Shown here in pieces: positions 19,985 to 31,347 of a stretch of 64,000 bases of DNA. The notes under the pieces are model-generated. The model was not told where the DNA came from and did no database searches. It worked only from the letters and a program-made list of their open reading frames with translations. Every line of letters begins with the position of its first letter. Position 1 is the stretch's first letter. Position numbers and translations under genes: made by a program. The stretch spans positions 1,504,001 to 1,568,000 of the forward strand of contig CBDCYI010000011.1 in assembly GCA_965224085.1 (NCBI GenBank), in the 5' to 3' direction. Source of the DNA: Candidatus Marinacidobacterales bacterium (GTDB taxonomy: Bacteria; Acidobacteriota; Vicinamibacteria; Marinacidobacterales; SMYC01).

Positions 19985-21695
19985 TACATCCCGGCTTCGT
20001 CCTCTTTCTGACCGCGGTCATCGTGCCACTCGTTCGCGGGACCGCACGGCGAGTCGTGCTCGCGGCCGGCACCGTGGCCGCGCTCATCAGCTGGCAGTCG
20101 CTTGATTTTACATCCGGCTGGCACTTCACCGTCGCCGGCTATTCGCTCACGCTCCTCCACGTCGATCCGCTGAGCCTCGTCTTCTCGCTGATCTTCACGC
20201 TCGTGACCTTCGTGGGCATCTTGTATGCGCTCCATAACAACCGTGCCGGCGAGCATGTCGCAACACTCGTCTATGCAGGCTCCTCGCTGGGCGTTGTCCT
20301 GGCGGGAGATTGGGCGACCCTGTTCGTGTTCTGGGAGCTCATGGCGGTCTCGTCGCTCTTCTTGATTTGGCAGAGGGAGACGGAGCGCTCGGCGCGCGCG
20401 GGCTATCGTTACTTGCTCGTTCATATCTTCGGCGGCTCGCTTTTGTTTGCGGGTATCCTCGTGCATCTCGCCCGGGGCGGAGGGTTCGCCGTCTCGGCCT
20501 TGACGACATCTGAAGCCGACCCCCTCGCCTTCTGGCTAATCCTTCTCGGAGTCGCCATCAACGCCGCCATCCCGCCGCTTCATGCGTGGTTGACCGATGC
20601 TTACCCCGAAGCTTCTGTGACCGGTAGTGTCTTCTTGAGCGCATTCACCACCAAAACTGCGGTGTACGTGCTTTTGAGGCTCTTTCCAGGCGCGGACGTT
20701 CTCGTTTGGGCAGGTGTCACGATGGCGCTCTATGCGTGGTCTACGCCGTTCTCGAGAACGACATTCGCCGCCTTCTCGCCTATCACATCGTGAGCCAAGT
20801 CGGATATATGGTGGCGGGCGTCGGGATGGGCACGTCGCTCGCGCTCGATGGGGCGACCGCGCATGCCTTCAGCCACATCCTCTATAAATCGCTCTTGTTC
20901 ATGGGGATGGGGGCTGTTATCTACGCGACCGGGCTGCGCAAGCTGACCGAGCTCGGCGGCATCGCTAACCGAATGAAGCTCGTCGTAGTCCTCTACGCCG
21001 TCGGAGCTTGTTCGATCTCCGGATTCCCCCTCTTCAACGGCTTCATCAGCAAGTCCATGATCATCTCCGCCGCGGCGGAGGAGCATTTGCCCATTGTCGA
21101 GCTGTTATTGACTTTGGCGAGCATCGGTACCTTCTTGTCCACCGGACTCAAGCTTCCCTACTTCACGTTCTTCGGCCCTAAAAAAGATCTCGAGCTTCGG
21201 CCCCTCCCCTGGAACATGCTCTTGGCGATGGGCGTCGGCGCCATTCTCTGCACACTCTACGGCGTCGTCCCCAGTCTGCTCTACGGCCTACTGCCCTTCG
21301 GAGCGGAATACCATCCGTATACGCTGGATCACGTGGTGTCGGCGTATCAGCTTCTGGCCGGAACCGCCATCGCATTTTGGCTCCTTCTCGGAAAACTCGG
21401 AGGCGAAGCGACCGTCAGCGTCGACACGGACTGGTTTTATCGAAGACCTTTCAGAGCGCTCGTCGAACAGCTCGTCGCCGGGATCCGTTCAGCAGGACAA
21501 TCTGTGTCGGCGGCCGGTCGCGCCTTGGTGGCCCGCGCCTGGGCATTCAGTCAAGCCCCGACCGGAGCGCGCAGCTTTCCTGACAACCCACAAGCAGAGG
21601 ATTACGACCCGTACCGTTTTCGCTTCCCGATCGGCATGACGGTCTTCTGGGTCGTCGTCTATTTTACGTTCGTCGCTATCGCCGCCTTGCTGTAG
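19981..21695 (+). pseudogene. Na+/H+ antiporter subunit D family protein 3, frameshifted near 20734
   Basis: ORFs 19981-20793 and 20706-21695 join as MALY(G)VVYAVLENDIRRLLAYH if one G is restored; may be a sequencing error. Confidence 0.85.
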
Positions 21696-21897
21696 GGGTC
21701 GCCGAGCCTTTGCGCGCTTTCGACACTCGTACACTTTTCGCGAGGCGTCGTCCATGCGGCCAACGGCGATTTTGGAGGAAGCCGCCGCATCCATCACACA
21801 CAAGGCCTTGAGCCTCAGCCCCACGCATGACCACCAGGACGGCGAGGAGCCCAGCTGGACGTGCCTGCGCCTCGAGCTCGAATCCAGCTAGCGAGCG

Positions 21898-22278
21898 TCA
21901 GGAGGTCTTGCTGACGTTGGTCAGGCGCACCGGCTCAGACGAATAGTTCTCGATTTCGAGCTGCTTCGTTTCCATATCGAGCGTGATTTTGACGCCGATC
22001 GCCATAACGCCCTGACCCTTGTTCTCTTCGTCGAGGTCGAGGACGATGATGCTCAAGTCGTAGTCGTAGGTCCGAGGGCGATTCACGGCCTCCCAATCGG
22101 GAATGGGCCGGTCGAGAGCGAGGACAATACGCCGTTTGCCGTCCATGCGGAAGTCGCGAGCGTACTTGATGCGCTGGCTCGGGAACGACCCCTGTCGCGC
22201 GACGGGGCCTCGCGTCCCTGTCATACGCATGAAACCACACTCCTACTGGTCCCGGAGTGCTTTGATCAGGCCGTCCTC
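21898..22278 (-). pseudogene. 3' part of a hypothetical protein, 5'-truncated, with an in-frame TAG at 22243-22245
   Basis: Frame extends upstream as EDGLIKALRDQ*ECGFMRM and runs into the truncated hydrolase gene. Confidence 0.55.
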
Positions 22279-23747
22279 ACGCCGGGAAGCGAAGGCCCAA
22301 AGTACGGGAAGTCAGATCCAGCCGCAGGGCTTACCTTGAAGCCGAGATTGAGAAACGGATACCAATTGTCGGTGACGAGGCGCCCGCCCTGCAAGACTTC
22401 GACGAAGTCGACCAGGTTGAATGGAACGTCCAGCACGAGGCCGCGCCGGCCGTTGAACGACCGGCCGTAATGCGCGTAGCCGGAGACGCCGCCCTGGCGG
22501 TGCGAGTCTTCGAACACCTCGTGATACGAGAAATAACGATCCGCCGGCAAGTGGATGGGCCGTTCCAGGTTGTGGTGAATCGTGTGGCCGCGTTGTGTCG
22601 TCCGCGGATCCTCCTGGCCCGACGCGATCATGTGGCCGTCGTGAAGGAAGCGCCCTGCCTTTCCCCAGGCTGGCTGCCGGAAATGCGTCGTCACGATGTT
22701 GCCCATCTCGAGGAGGTTGCCGACATGCACGTCCTCGGCCGCGACGAACCCCCACATTGCGGCATCCTCGGTTTCGTCGCGCATGAGATGAAGGTGATCG
22801 TCACCCGAGTACCAGCCGCGGCTCGGCTGATCAATGTAGCGCTCGAGGCTGACCGCCGCATTGGTGGTCTCTCCGGCCTTTACGTCGATCGTCCCCTCGT
22901 ACACCCGATATTCCGGCCCTTTCGAGGCGACGAGCTGATAGGCCCCGGCCGGGACGACGGCTTCGTAACGGCCGTCGACGTAGAACACCTGCCGATTCGT
23001 GCTCGGCCAGACGAGTCGCGGCGCCGTCCACAAAAGCCGGGTGTCGTCCGCGTAGCGATGAAGAAGCAGGGAACGCTCCGATGGCAGCGGCGTGCGTCCG
23101 GTGCCGTCGTACAGGCCGAGACGCGCCGGCACCACGCGGGCGGTCTGCGCGTCCCGAACCTCCAGTCGTAGGGTCCCGACGGGCGCAGCCGCCGGCGTGC
23201 GTCCACTGCGAACGATCGTCAAGTCGCACAGAGCGATGCCGCCGCGCGCCGCAACCGCCAGGTCGGTTCCCTGGATCCCCTGGCCGGCGAAGCGCGCCCG
23301 GTCGAGCCGGACCGTAACTTTGCGCAACTCGGCGCCGGACTCCGGAGTCACCGGTTCCGACATACCGTAGCCGTTCCCAGCGTTCTGGTCCCAGCCCACG
23401 GTGAACGGCTGCGTCAGCTCGGGCGCGTACATCAGCGTCACATCGACAGGCTCATCGACGTCGAACGCATAGCGGTCGTCGATGTCGAACGCGAAAAGAT
23501 CGCCGAACAAACAGGACCTTCCACCGATAGTCTTCATCGACGTCGGGACTTTGCTGCCACGCACGCCGAGCTCCGACCGATTGACGTCGAGGACTCGCGT
23601 AATGCGATCTTTCGGCCACGTCAGAGCTACCACACGACGTGCCTCCGTACCGTGCGCTCCCAACGCGTGGACGCCGCTGGTCAAAAACAGGCTCGAGACC
23701 GCCAGAAAAGCTCCCGGGACGGCACCTCGCGACTTTCTCGTCCGCAT
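22266..23747 (-). pseudogene. CehA/McbA-family (PHP-like) metallohydrolase, C-terminally truncated
   Basis: GWYSGDDHLH, GQEDP, YAH, AGSDFP motifs; stops right after LPGV while the upstream paralogue continues about 200 aa beyond the equivalent point. Confidence 0.75.
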
Positions 23748-23798
23748 TCTTCTCTCCCCTGAATATGTTCTAGGCATGCCAGTACTCGAACCCGCTGC

Positions 23799-26363
23799 CT
23801 AGCGACCCCCATTCGAGGCGGAAGAAGCTTCGGCAAGAAATCCCGAGTAGATGGCGCGCGCTTCGTCGAACTGGGCGAACACGTGTTGTTTCTCTTTTTC
23901 CGAGCGCCAGCCAGGCCACTCCTCTGCCATCTGCCGCAACTTGTCGATCCAGCGGATCGAGTACTCCGCAGAGGCGCGACTGCGGACAGGTTGTCCACCC
24001 ACGTCGACCCACACAGGATTCGTGAAGCCCTGCGCATAAACGGCATCGAGCGGAAAACGCTCGCCGGGATCACCTTCCGCCCGTAGATGGAACCAGCCGC
24101 TCTCTTGAACGGGGTAGGATTTTTCGAGATCGAAGTCGTTTCGCTCTCCGGACAAAGTGAACTCGTCAATCACTTCGCCGTTATGGACGAGAATAACTTT
24201 CTGAAGCGGCGTGATGCTCTTCACATGGGCCGTCACATCGACGGAGCCTCCTCCGGTTCCGAGCTCGACCGTTTCCCCGGGCATGCGACCGTTCACCGTC
24301 AGCTCCACGAGCGGACCCGACGACACGAACGCGCGTCCCTCTCTCAACCCCTGGAACCACGCGTCCATGTCGAGCCCTCGGCCCCCGGTAAATACATAGG
24401 TTCTCACCGACCCGACGAGCTTGCTCCGTTGCAGATTGCTGATGGAGTCTTCACCGCCGGTCGCCGTTACCCTAACGCCGTTGTTGAGCGTCGCATACCA
24501 AGGATGAAAGCCCGCACGCCCCGCCTGAGCCCATTCCACTCCATCGGTGGTACCGAGCGCGGCATCGACTATGTAGCCTTTGGCGCCGCCTAGACTCCCC
24601 TCGAGCGGATCGCTCTCTCCACCGAAGGCATGGACGTAGCCGACCGTGGCCCCCTGCGCTCTCGCCTTTCTGAACATGTCGGTGTTGCTCGGGTAGAGAC
24701 TCTCGATCGCGGTGCCTTCATAGCCCGTGGTGAAGGGCGAGATCAGGTGGTCTCTCATCCCGAACAGGAACACGTGTCCGTAGAACGGGGGACGGTATTC
24801 CTGCCCGACGACGAGGAGCCGCTCAGGCGTCGACAGGGGATGGGGGCCGCCGCCCGGGACAAAGTGGTGATAGTCGAGAATGCGATTGTCTTTGTTGGCG
24901 ACTTGCTCGTTGACGACGTCCTGATCTTCGGCGGCCGACATCATCATCAGGTTCTCGAGCGTGTTGTGAAGGTTGCCGCCGTAGTTCATGTGAACGTGAG
25001 TGGAACCGCTATACCACCCCTTGGCAGCCATGTCCGTCATCGGCTCGAGCTCGACCGTGAGTTGAACCACTTCGTTTGCGTGAATCTCGACGTCGAGCTT
25101 TTTCGGCCAGTGCTCGAATCCTTTGACGACGTTCAACGCGACGCCTCCCGCCGGCACTTCGACGCGGAACTCACCGGTGTGGTGAAAGACGTCGTCTCCG
25201 ACGCCGCTCGCGCGCGCGTAAGCGTCGGCGGGCGCATAGAACTTGCCGTCCGACGCCGTCAAATGGACGCGCGAGCCCGTAGGCTCGGAAACACCTGCAA
25301 TCACGGTCCGCACCGAGAGCACGCCCATCGGGCGTTTCCACCGCCGGTCGATGAAACGGACCGTTCGCTGGGCCCCGCCGTAGGTCTCGAGGAGCGCGAG
25401 CTGCGGCAGACCGCTCTCGTTCGAGATATAGGCGATCCACTTGCCGTCGGGCGAGAACCGGGGGTGGAACGCGTCGTGGCCGAAAAACGTCATCTTGTAC
25501 GGTTCACCGCCAGCCGTCGGCTGCACGTAGAGGTTCGTGAACTGATCGGACGAGCCTCCGGTTGACGCATAGATGAAGCGCTTGCCATCCATCGACACGT
25601 CGGGCCGCGTTCGATAGAGCGTCTGTTCCGACAATACGGTTTGGCCCTCTTCGATCCCGCTCGTGGCCGCCGGCACGCGCACAACGTTTCCCGACCCCAG
25701 AGGAACGTTCCGGTTAGAGACGATCAGGAGCTCGCGACCGTCCGGAAGCCAGGACGGCGTGATAGCCATGTCCCATTCTCCGAAATACAGTCGATTGTTC
25801 CCATAGTTGTTGTCCCTCGAGACGGCGATCTCTTCGCCGCTCCATTGCCCGTTTTGGATGGCTCGAACATAGATGTTGAAATAGCCGTTCGGTTTCGTCG
25901 AGACATAGGCAATGCGGCTCCCGTCGGGAGAGAAGACAGGATCCACGTAGATGTGCTCATCATCGGTGAGTGCATGGCTCTCCCCGGTGTCGATGTTGAC
26001 GATCTCGAGCTGGATCGTTTGTCTATCGTCAGCGGTGTAAACGATCCATTTGCCGTCGGGAGAAACGTCCGGCAACGAGTGGTACTTTTTGTTATAAGTG
26101 AGCTCCCACGCCCGGCCGCTTTCGGGGTCGACTCTCCAGATGGAGCCGCTCATCGCGACCGCGATCCACTCGCCGTCGGGCGACCAGTCGGGCGACCACG
26201 GCGTCGAGCTCGGCGCCGGCGGGAAGTAGAAATTGTACATATAGTTTCCACCGTGCTTCGACCCCGGATAGGGCCGCTCCCGTTGAGCGGCACTCGTCCC
26301 CGAGACGAAAGCCAATAGTGCCATTGCCGAGACCGTCCGCAGGGCAAAAGAGTATTTCCTCAT
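23799..26363 (-). CDS. CehA/McbA-family metallohydrolase with N-terminal TolB/PD40 beta-propeller
   Basis: Signal peptide, repeated (W/F)SPDG motifs, GWYSGSTHVH, GQEYR, GYVH, GGEDS. Confidence 0.85.
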   Translation of the reverse strand: MRKYSFALRTVSAMALLAFVSGTSAAQRERPYPGSKHGGNYMYNFYFPPAPSSTPWSPDWSPDGEWIAVAMSGSIWRVDPESGRAWELTYNKKYHSLPDVSPDGKWIVYTADDRQTIQLEIVNIDTGESHALTDDEHIYVDPVFSPDGSRIAYVSTKPNGYFNIYVRAIQNGQWSGEEIAVSRDNNYGNNRLYFGEWDMAITPSWLPDGRELLIVSNRNVPLGSGNVVRVPAATSGIEEGQTVLSEQTLYRTRPDVSMDGKRFIYASTGGSSDQFTNLYVQPTAGGEPYKMTFFGHDAFHPRFSPDGKWIAYISNESGLPQLALLETYGGAQRTVRFIDRRWKRPMGVLSVRTVIAGVSEPTGSRVHLTASDGKFYAPADAYARASGVGDDVFHHTGEFRVEVPAGGVALNVVKGFEHWPKKLDVEIHANEVVQLTVELEPMTDMAAKGWYSGSTHVHMNYGGNLHNTLENLMMMSAAEDQDVVNEQVANKDNRILDYHHFVPGGGPHPLSTPERLLVVGQEYRPPFYGHVFLFGMRDHLISPFTTGYEGTAIESLYPSNTDMFRKARAQGATVGYVHAFGGESDPLEGSLGGAKGYIVDAALGTTDGVEWAQAGRAGFHPWYATLNNGVRVTATGGEDSISNLQRSKLVGSVRTYVFTGGRGLDMDAWFQGLREGRAFVSSGPLVELTVNGRMPGETVELGTGGGSVDVTAHVKSITPLQKVILVHNGEVIDEFTLSGERNDFDLEKSYPVQESGWFHLRAEGDPGERFPLDAVYAQGFTNPVWVDVGGQPVRSRASAEYSIRWIDKLRQMAEEWPGWRSEKEKQHVFAQFDEARAIYSGFLAEASSASNGGR

Positions 26364-26453
26364 GGGAAGTCTCCTTTGAGTCTTGTCCAAACCATCTGTT
26401 CACACAACAGCCGATTCTAATCGCGATCGAGTCCCAAGCTCAATGCCAATTAG

Positions 26454-26655
26454 GACCCCGTAACCGGCTATGAGAGCCCGAACAGGGCCGGGCGCATCGA
26501 TCCGCGGTTCACGAGAATCAGATACATTTCGAGCCGTGGCAAGATGGACTACGCCGCCCTGCAAACCGGCGCCAGGCGTCGCTTCAGGGACAACTTTCAG
26601 GTGGGCGTCACGTGGACCTTGACGTTGCTCAAGAATGACCAGTCGCGATCATGGG
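26454..26655 (+). pseudogene. isolated internal fragment of an Oar-like TonB-dependent receptor
   Basis: DPVTGY...GRIDPRFTRIRYISSRGKMDYAALQTGARRRFRDNFQVGVTWTL resembles barrel strands of that family; no proper start or end. Confidence 0.55.
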
Positions 26656-26706
26656 CGGTCGGCGCCGTTCGCTTTCCGCGTAGAGTTCTAGGCAACCCGC
26701 TCGTTT

Positions 26707-26737
26707 TGGGAGCCGCCCTTTTGCCGGGCGGCTCCCA
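26707..26737. terminator. perfect 12-bp stem-loop (possible relic terminator)
   Basis: TGGGAGCCGCCC-N7-GGGCGGCTCCCA; no clear U-tract. Confidence 0.4.
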
Positions 26738-26899
26738 TCCCATCCCTCTTCTCCGAGTGGCGAACGCGAGTTGGATGCAATTTGACGATCTTCGGAGACG
26801 CTCCGTATAGTATTTATAGACTTCACACACCAACTGAATAACGCCCAATCGCGTCGCCTTTTCGCCAAGGCGCTGCCTCAGGTCGAAACGGAGGTTTCC

Positions 26900-27166
26900 A
26901 TGACCGCTATCGGTGGCATTCTCACGCTCGTTGCCAGCCTCGGAATGCTGGTTTTCGGTATCCAGATCCTCATCAAGGCTTTCCAACAGAGCATCTGGTG
27001 GGGCCTCGGCTACTTGTTCGTCCCGTTCGTCGGGCTCTTCTACATCATCATGTTCTGGGATAACGCCAAGAAGCCCTTCCTCTACTCGCTGGCCTGCGCT
27101 CCCGTTCTAGTGATCGGCATGGTCTTGGCGGGAGCTTTTAGCGGCGATTTGTCAGCCGGGATGTAG
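26900..27166 (+). CDS. small membrane protein
   Basis: GGAGG RBS; 88 aa, about 3 TM segments, AFQQSIWWGLG. Confidence 0.8.
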   Translation: MTAIGGILTLVASLGMLVFGIQILIKAFQQSIWWGLGYLFVPFVGLFYIIMFWDNAKKPFLYSLACAPVLVIGMVLAGAFSGDLSAGM

Positions 27167-27670
27167 CTCAAGCAGCTTAACCGCCCTCACTGTCGAAGCG
27201 AACGGCGGCGGCGAACGAGCCGACCGCCCGGCGCGGTGGTGGTGGGGCGGTCGAGCTCAGGGAAGCAGATCTCGGGGCTTGATTTTCTACATCGCGCCAC
27301 GCGAGAGGCCGGTTCGCATCCTCTCGCACGTGACAATGTAGGAGCGGTAGCTCCCATCCTGTCCTTCGTCATGATTAATGGGCACGGGAACTCGGCGATG
27401 ACGAGGCGCAAGCGAGACGGTGCCGGCATCACGTCGACTGCGGTCGTGACGAATCGAAAGCGCACCCGGTCACGGTTTCGGGGCAGCTACTCTCTCGACC
27501 GGAAACCGTGCTACACAGCTTCCCGTCACTCTTAGCGGTGATGTCGGACGCGCGAATCTTGACGCGGGACAGCTCGATTGGCAGGCACGCGTGTCCCCGG
27601 GCCGATTCGGAAGTATGATGAACGGCGCGCCAGACCCGGGATCACAGCATGGGTTCTGGGGAGAGGGTAC

Positions 27671-28321
27671 ATGAAACGGTCGGCTTCACTTTTCGTAGCG
27701 TTGTTGTGGGTTGTAGCGGATGCCGCCGGCGAGGACGCGAATCGCTTCACGATGGCATTGACGGGAGATACCGAGATTACTCGCAAGCTGTCGGTATTTT
27801 CGGAGTTCGAGTTCCTGAAGATGGTCGGCATTTTGAGGAACGCCGACGTCGCGTTCACCAATCTGGAGCTCCTCCTACATGACTACGAAGGGTGGGCGGC
27901 AGCGGAAGCGGATGGTCCCTATCAGCGGGTCGATCCATCGCTCGTCGACGAGCTCGTGTGGTTGGGCATCGACATGGTGTCACACGCGAACAACCATGCC
28001 AAGGACTACGGCGTGACCGGAATGCGCGTGACGACGAAACATGTCCTGGCCGCCGGGCCCATGAACGCCGAGGCAGTGATTGCCGTTCCGGAATGGAGGA
28101 GCGGCGCGTTCCACGAGCTCCGCCTCTACCCCATCTCTCTCGGGCACGGGGAGCCGCGGACCGTCCGCGGGCGACCGATGCTCGCCGAGCCCACTCTGGC
28201 GAAGAAGATTCTCGATGACGTCGTCCGTTTCTCCGCGCCCTTTGGGACGCGTATAGAGATTCGGAACAACGTCGGGATCATTAGCGCGGGTGCCGCGGCC
28301 AGCGAAGGAGACGAGCCATGA
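27671..28321 (+). pseudogene. CapA/PGA_cap family metallophosphoesterase-like protein with a large in-frame internal deletion
   Basis: LTGD, FTNLE, ANNHAKDYG then jumps (about 28057) directly to C-terminal LRLYPISLG...RGRP; central metal-ligand motifs absent; only 216 aa. Confidence 0.7.
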
Positions 28322-30120
28322 TCCGACGACGCTTCTTAGTACTCACGACGTTGTGTCTCTCTGTAGCCGCTCCGGCACTCGCTCAGTACTACCGAGAGCA
28401 GAAAGAGGTCGTCGCTCGGAACGGAGTCGTTGCCTCGTGCGACGATCGTGCGACAGAAGAAGGTTTGCGTGTCTTGCAGGAGGGAGGCAACGCTATCGAT
28501 GCTGCCGTGACCATCGCTTTCCTCATGGCGGTGTACGAGCCCTACAATAGCAGGATCGGAGGACACGGCGGGCACATGGCCCTTTATCACGCGGAGACGG
28601 GCCAGTATCTGGCGATCGATGCTAGTGCTCGGGCGCCGGCCAAAGCCACCGCCAACATGTTCGAAGTCATCGAAGATCCACCGGGGCATCCGGGAGATCT
28701 TTGGCGTGTGAAGGTCAAGGACGACGCCAACCACACGGGCTATCGGGCGATGTTCGCTCCTTCCACCGTGGCCGGCTACTGGCATCTCGTTCAAAACTAC
28801 GCAACGCTATCGTGGCAGGAAGTACTCGCTCCGGCGATCCGTGTGGCGGAGGAGGGATTCATTGCCGACGAGTTGTACGTCCGCGCGGTGCGGGGAAGCG
28901 CGGCAACGCTCGAAAGGTTCCCCGGCTCACGCGACATGTACCTTCCCGGCGGCGAGCCGCCCGAAGTGGGCGACCGGGTCGTCTTCAAGGATCTGGCCGC
29001 GACTTTGCGCCGGCTTTCCGAAGGCGGGCTCGACCTTTTTTATCGAGGAGAGATCGCCGATCGGATCGTCGCTTACATCCAGGAGAACGGTGGCATTCTG
29101 ACCAAGGAAGATTTCACCAGCTACGAAGTCGAGGTCACTCCCCTTGTGGATACACAGTATCGGGGCCATACGATTCTCACTTATCCACAGCGATCGAACG
29201 GAGCCACGATCGCCGAGACGTTGAACATCCGCGCGTCGTTCGATCTTTATGGGATGGGCTTCAACACGACAGAGTCAATTCACGTCTTCATCGAGGCGCT
29301 CAAGCTCGCCTTTATCGACCGTTACGAGTACTCGGGCGACCGGGACCAGGTTCCCATACCGTATGACGGGATGATGTCCTGGGCGTACGGTCGGAAGCGT
29401 GCCAACGCTATCGACATGGCGAAGGCTTCGCTCTTCGAGTCCGGCGATCCGTGGAAATTCGAGGGGAGCGGCTACAAACTCTATCGAGAAACCGAGGGAT
29501 TCCACCGTGCTGGCCAAACGGCGGCGTCGCCTTCCGATGCGTTCCGCGGGAGCGGCGAGGAGGACACGACGTTTCTCTGTGCGGCGGATCGTCACGGAAA
29601 CCTGTTGCTCGTAACGTCCAGCCTGCTGCGAGGATTCGGGTCGAAGGTCACGGTACCGGGTCTCGGCATCACTCTTAACAGCTCGATGTATAGCCTCAGC
29701 CCGAAGCCAGGCCATCCGCAATCGATGGCTCCCTTCAAACGAACTTTGCGCAACAGTGGTCCGGTGATCGTGGTGAAGGAGGGCAGACCTTACATGATTC
29801 TCAGTGCGCCGGGAGGCCGGCGCATCATCACTGCGATCCTACGCACGCTTACGAACGTCATCGACTACCGGATGGGAATCCAGGCTGCCATCGATGCGCC
29901 GCGCGTCCATCACGAAGCCAATCTCTACGAGGTGTTCATGGAAGAGCGCATTCCCGAGGATGTCCGTCAGGAGCTCACGAGTATGGGGCACGAGATCGTC
30001 GTGCGCCCACCCTATTCCGGCGGCTTCGCTCTCATGCAGGCTATTCTCGTGGACCCGGTGACAGGCCTCAAGTTTGCCGGCTCGGATCCCCGGACCCACG
30101 GGGGCGCCCGGGGGTATTGA
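28318..30120 (+). CDS. ggt: gamma-glutamyltransferase
   Basis: GGNAIDAAV, cleavage-site DTT, PGGRRII, IDAPRVH, GSDPR. Confidence 0.92.
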   Translation: MIRRRFLVLTTLCLSVAAPALAQYYREQKEVVARNGVVASCDDRATEEGLRVLQEGGNAIDAAVTIAFLMAVYEPYNSRIGGHGGHMALYHAETGQYLAIDASARAPAKATANMFEVIEDPPGHPGDLWRVKVKDDANHTGYRAMFAPSTVAGYWHLVQNYATLSWQEVLAPAIRVAEEGFIADELYVRAVRGSAATLERFPGSRDMYLPGGEPPEVGDRVVFKDLAATLRRLSEGGLDLFYRGEIADRIVAYIQENGGILTKEDFTSYEVEVTPLVDTQYRGHTILTYPQRSNGATIAETLNIRASFDLYGMGFNTTESIHVFIEALKLAFIDRYEYSGDRDQVPIPYDGMMSWAYGRKRANAIDMAKASLFESGDPWKFEGSGYKLYRETEGFHRAGQTAASPSDAFRGSGEEDTTFLCAADRHGNLLLVTSSLLRGFGSKVTVPGLGITLNSSMYSLSPKPGHPQSMAPFKRTLRNSGPVIVVKEGRPYMILSAPGGRRIITAILRTLTNVIDYRMGIQAAIDAPRVHHEANLYEVFMEERIPEDVRQELTSMGHEIVVRPPYSGGFALMQAILVDPVTGLKFAGSDPRTHGGARGY

Positions 30121-30261
30121 CCACGGGATAGACGCGATATTGATGAGGGACACCCTTTGCTTCAACGCGGAGTGAGACGACCTGGGGATGCTTCGCTCCA
30201 ATAGGCTCGGCTCGTTACGGTCGCGCCAGCTCCTCAATACGATGAAGCTTTCCCGCCCGCA

Positions 30262-30498
30262 TGACATGGCTGCGGATGGGATGCGAATATCCTTGAGGGC
30301 GCCCACGCCCGTGTTGAAAGCGTACATCTGCGGCGCGTCATCCCCCATCCACTCCCGTTCAATGAAGGCCCTCGTCTCCGACAGTTTCTTCCGTGTCTCG
30401 GGTGCGAGTAAAACTTCCATAAACGAGCCATCGTGAGGCCGCGACACGCGAGCCACATCGCGGATCGATACGCTTCGACCATCCAAACTCAAGCTCAT
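30262..30498 (-). pseudogene. N-terminal fragment of a histidine/aromatic amino acid ammonia-lyase
   Basis: GGAGG RBS; LSLDGRSVSIRDVARV...MYAFNTGVGAL (YGxxTGxG loop); similarity ends after about 78 aa, no ASG/MIO motif. Confidence 0.7.
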
Positions 30499-30687
30499 GA
30501 ACTCCTCCGAATCCTTGTTGATGAAGGGATAGCGAGCGCACGCGCTCTACCCTTCTGGAGCTCAAGGCCCTGGGCGTGCGTATTGCCTCGACGATTTCGG
30601 GACCGTGTATTCTCTCGCCTACAATACCGCAAGCTTTAGCCGTGTCAGCGGCGACAACCCAAGAAAAGGCATGAGGTTGGCTGATGG

Positions 30688-31344
30688 CTACCGGCTATCC
30701 GGGCGTTCGCCGCGAGAGCGCGACGACGGAGCTCTGCACTTGTGGCCCGACGCAATCGCCGGGACTTCCTTTCTCCACCAGGGGTTACCGAAGTTGACGA
30801 ACGGACTGCCGTCGACGGAGATCTTGGCGCGCACTTTGAAGTTGAGCGGCGAGAAGAGAATCGTGGTCATCCGGATTTGAAGCGTCTTGCCTTTGTGCTC
30901 GAAAGGCGCGCTCTCGTAATAGATCGTGTAATAACCGCCGAGGTCGCCTCCAATGTGACCTGCTTTCAACATCGAAAACCCACGGCTATCGACTTCGTGG
31001 CGCGCCATGAACTTGTTGTCGGGGTTGTAGATCGTCGTCGACTTCGCGGTGAACGTGCCATTCGGCCCCGTCCCTTCGATTTCGCTTTCGAAAAAGCGGC
31101 CATCGAGTCCCGGCTTGAAGACCTCCGTTCCTGTGATGACGCCTCCCGGGCCGAACGGGCTCTCTGGCACGATCCACTCGAAATGCCACGCCCCGGTGAA
31201 ATACGCCTCGAAGTCGAAGACAGGAAGCGCGTCGTCTTTAGTGGTCGGCCTTCCGAGGTCGGGCATCTGCCCCCTGGGCAGGTCCTTTTTCGGCTGCTGG
31301 GAGGAAACGCTCAGCAGTAGGACGAGCGCGAGGACTCCCTTCAT
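30688..31344 (-). CDS. secreted hypothetical protein (DUF1579-like beta fold)
   Basis: Signal peptide; coupled to the upstream gene; coding-like composition. Confidence 0.65.
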   Translation of the reverse strand: MKGVLALVLLLSVSSQQPKKDLPRGQMPDLGRPTTKDDALPVFDFEAYFTGAWHFEWIVPESPFGPGGVITGTEVFKPGLDGRFFESEIEGTGPNGTFTAKSTTIYNPDNKFMARHEVDSRGFSMLKAGHIGGDLGGYYTIYYESAPFEHKGKTLQIRMTTILFSPLNFKVRAKISVDGSPFVNFGNPWWRKEVPAIASGHKCRAPSSRSRGERPDSR

Positions 31345-31347
31345 CGA

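Noticed and set aside
20725-20745. Programmed frameshift in the third mrpD gene (also 33925, 38045, 43411, 43775)
   Set aside because: All are 1-nt changes in short homopolymers without slippery or stimulatory signals; sequencing error or decay is more likely
22243-22245. In-frame TAG as possible pyrrolysine or amber recoding
   Set aside because: It lies in a gene already truncated at its 5' end, TAG is used as a normal stop throughout the window, and there is no pyl context
27185-27660. Short ORFs between the membrane protein and the capA-like gene
   Set aside because: No recognisable motifs or RBS; possibly decayed sequence but not assignable
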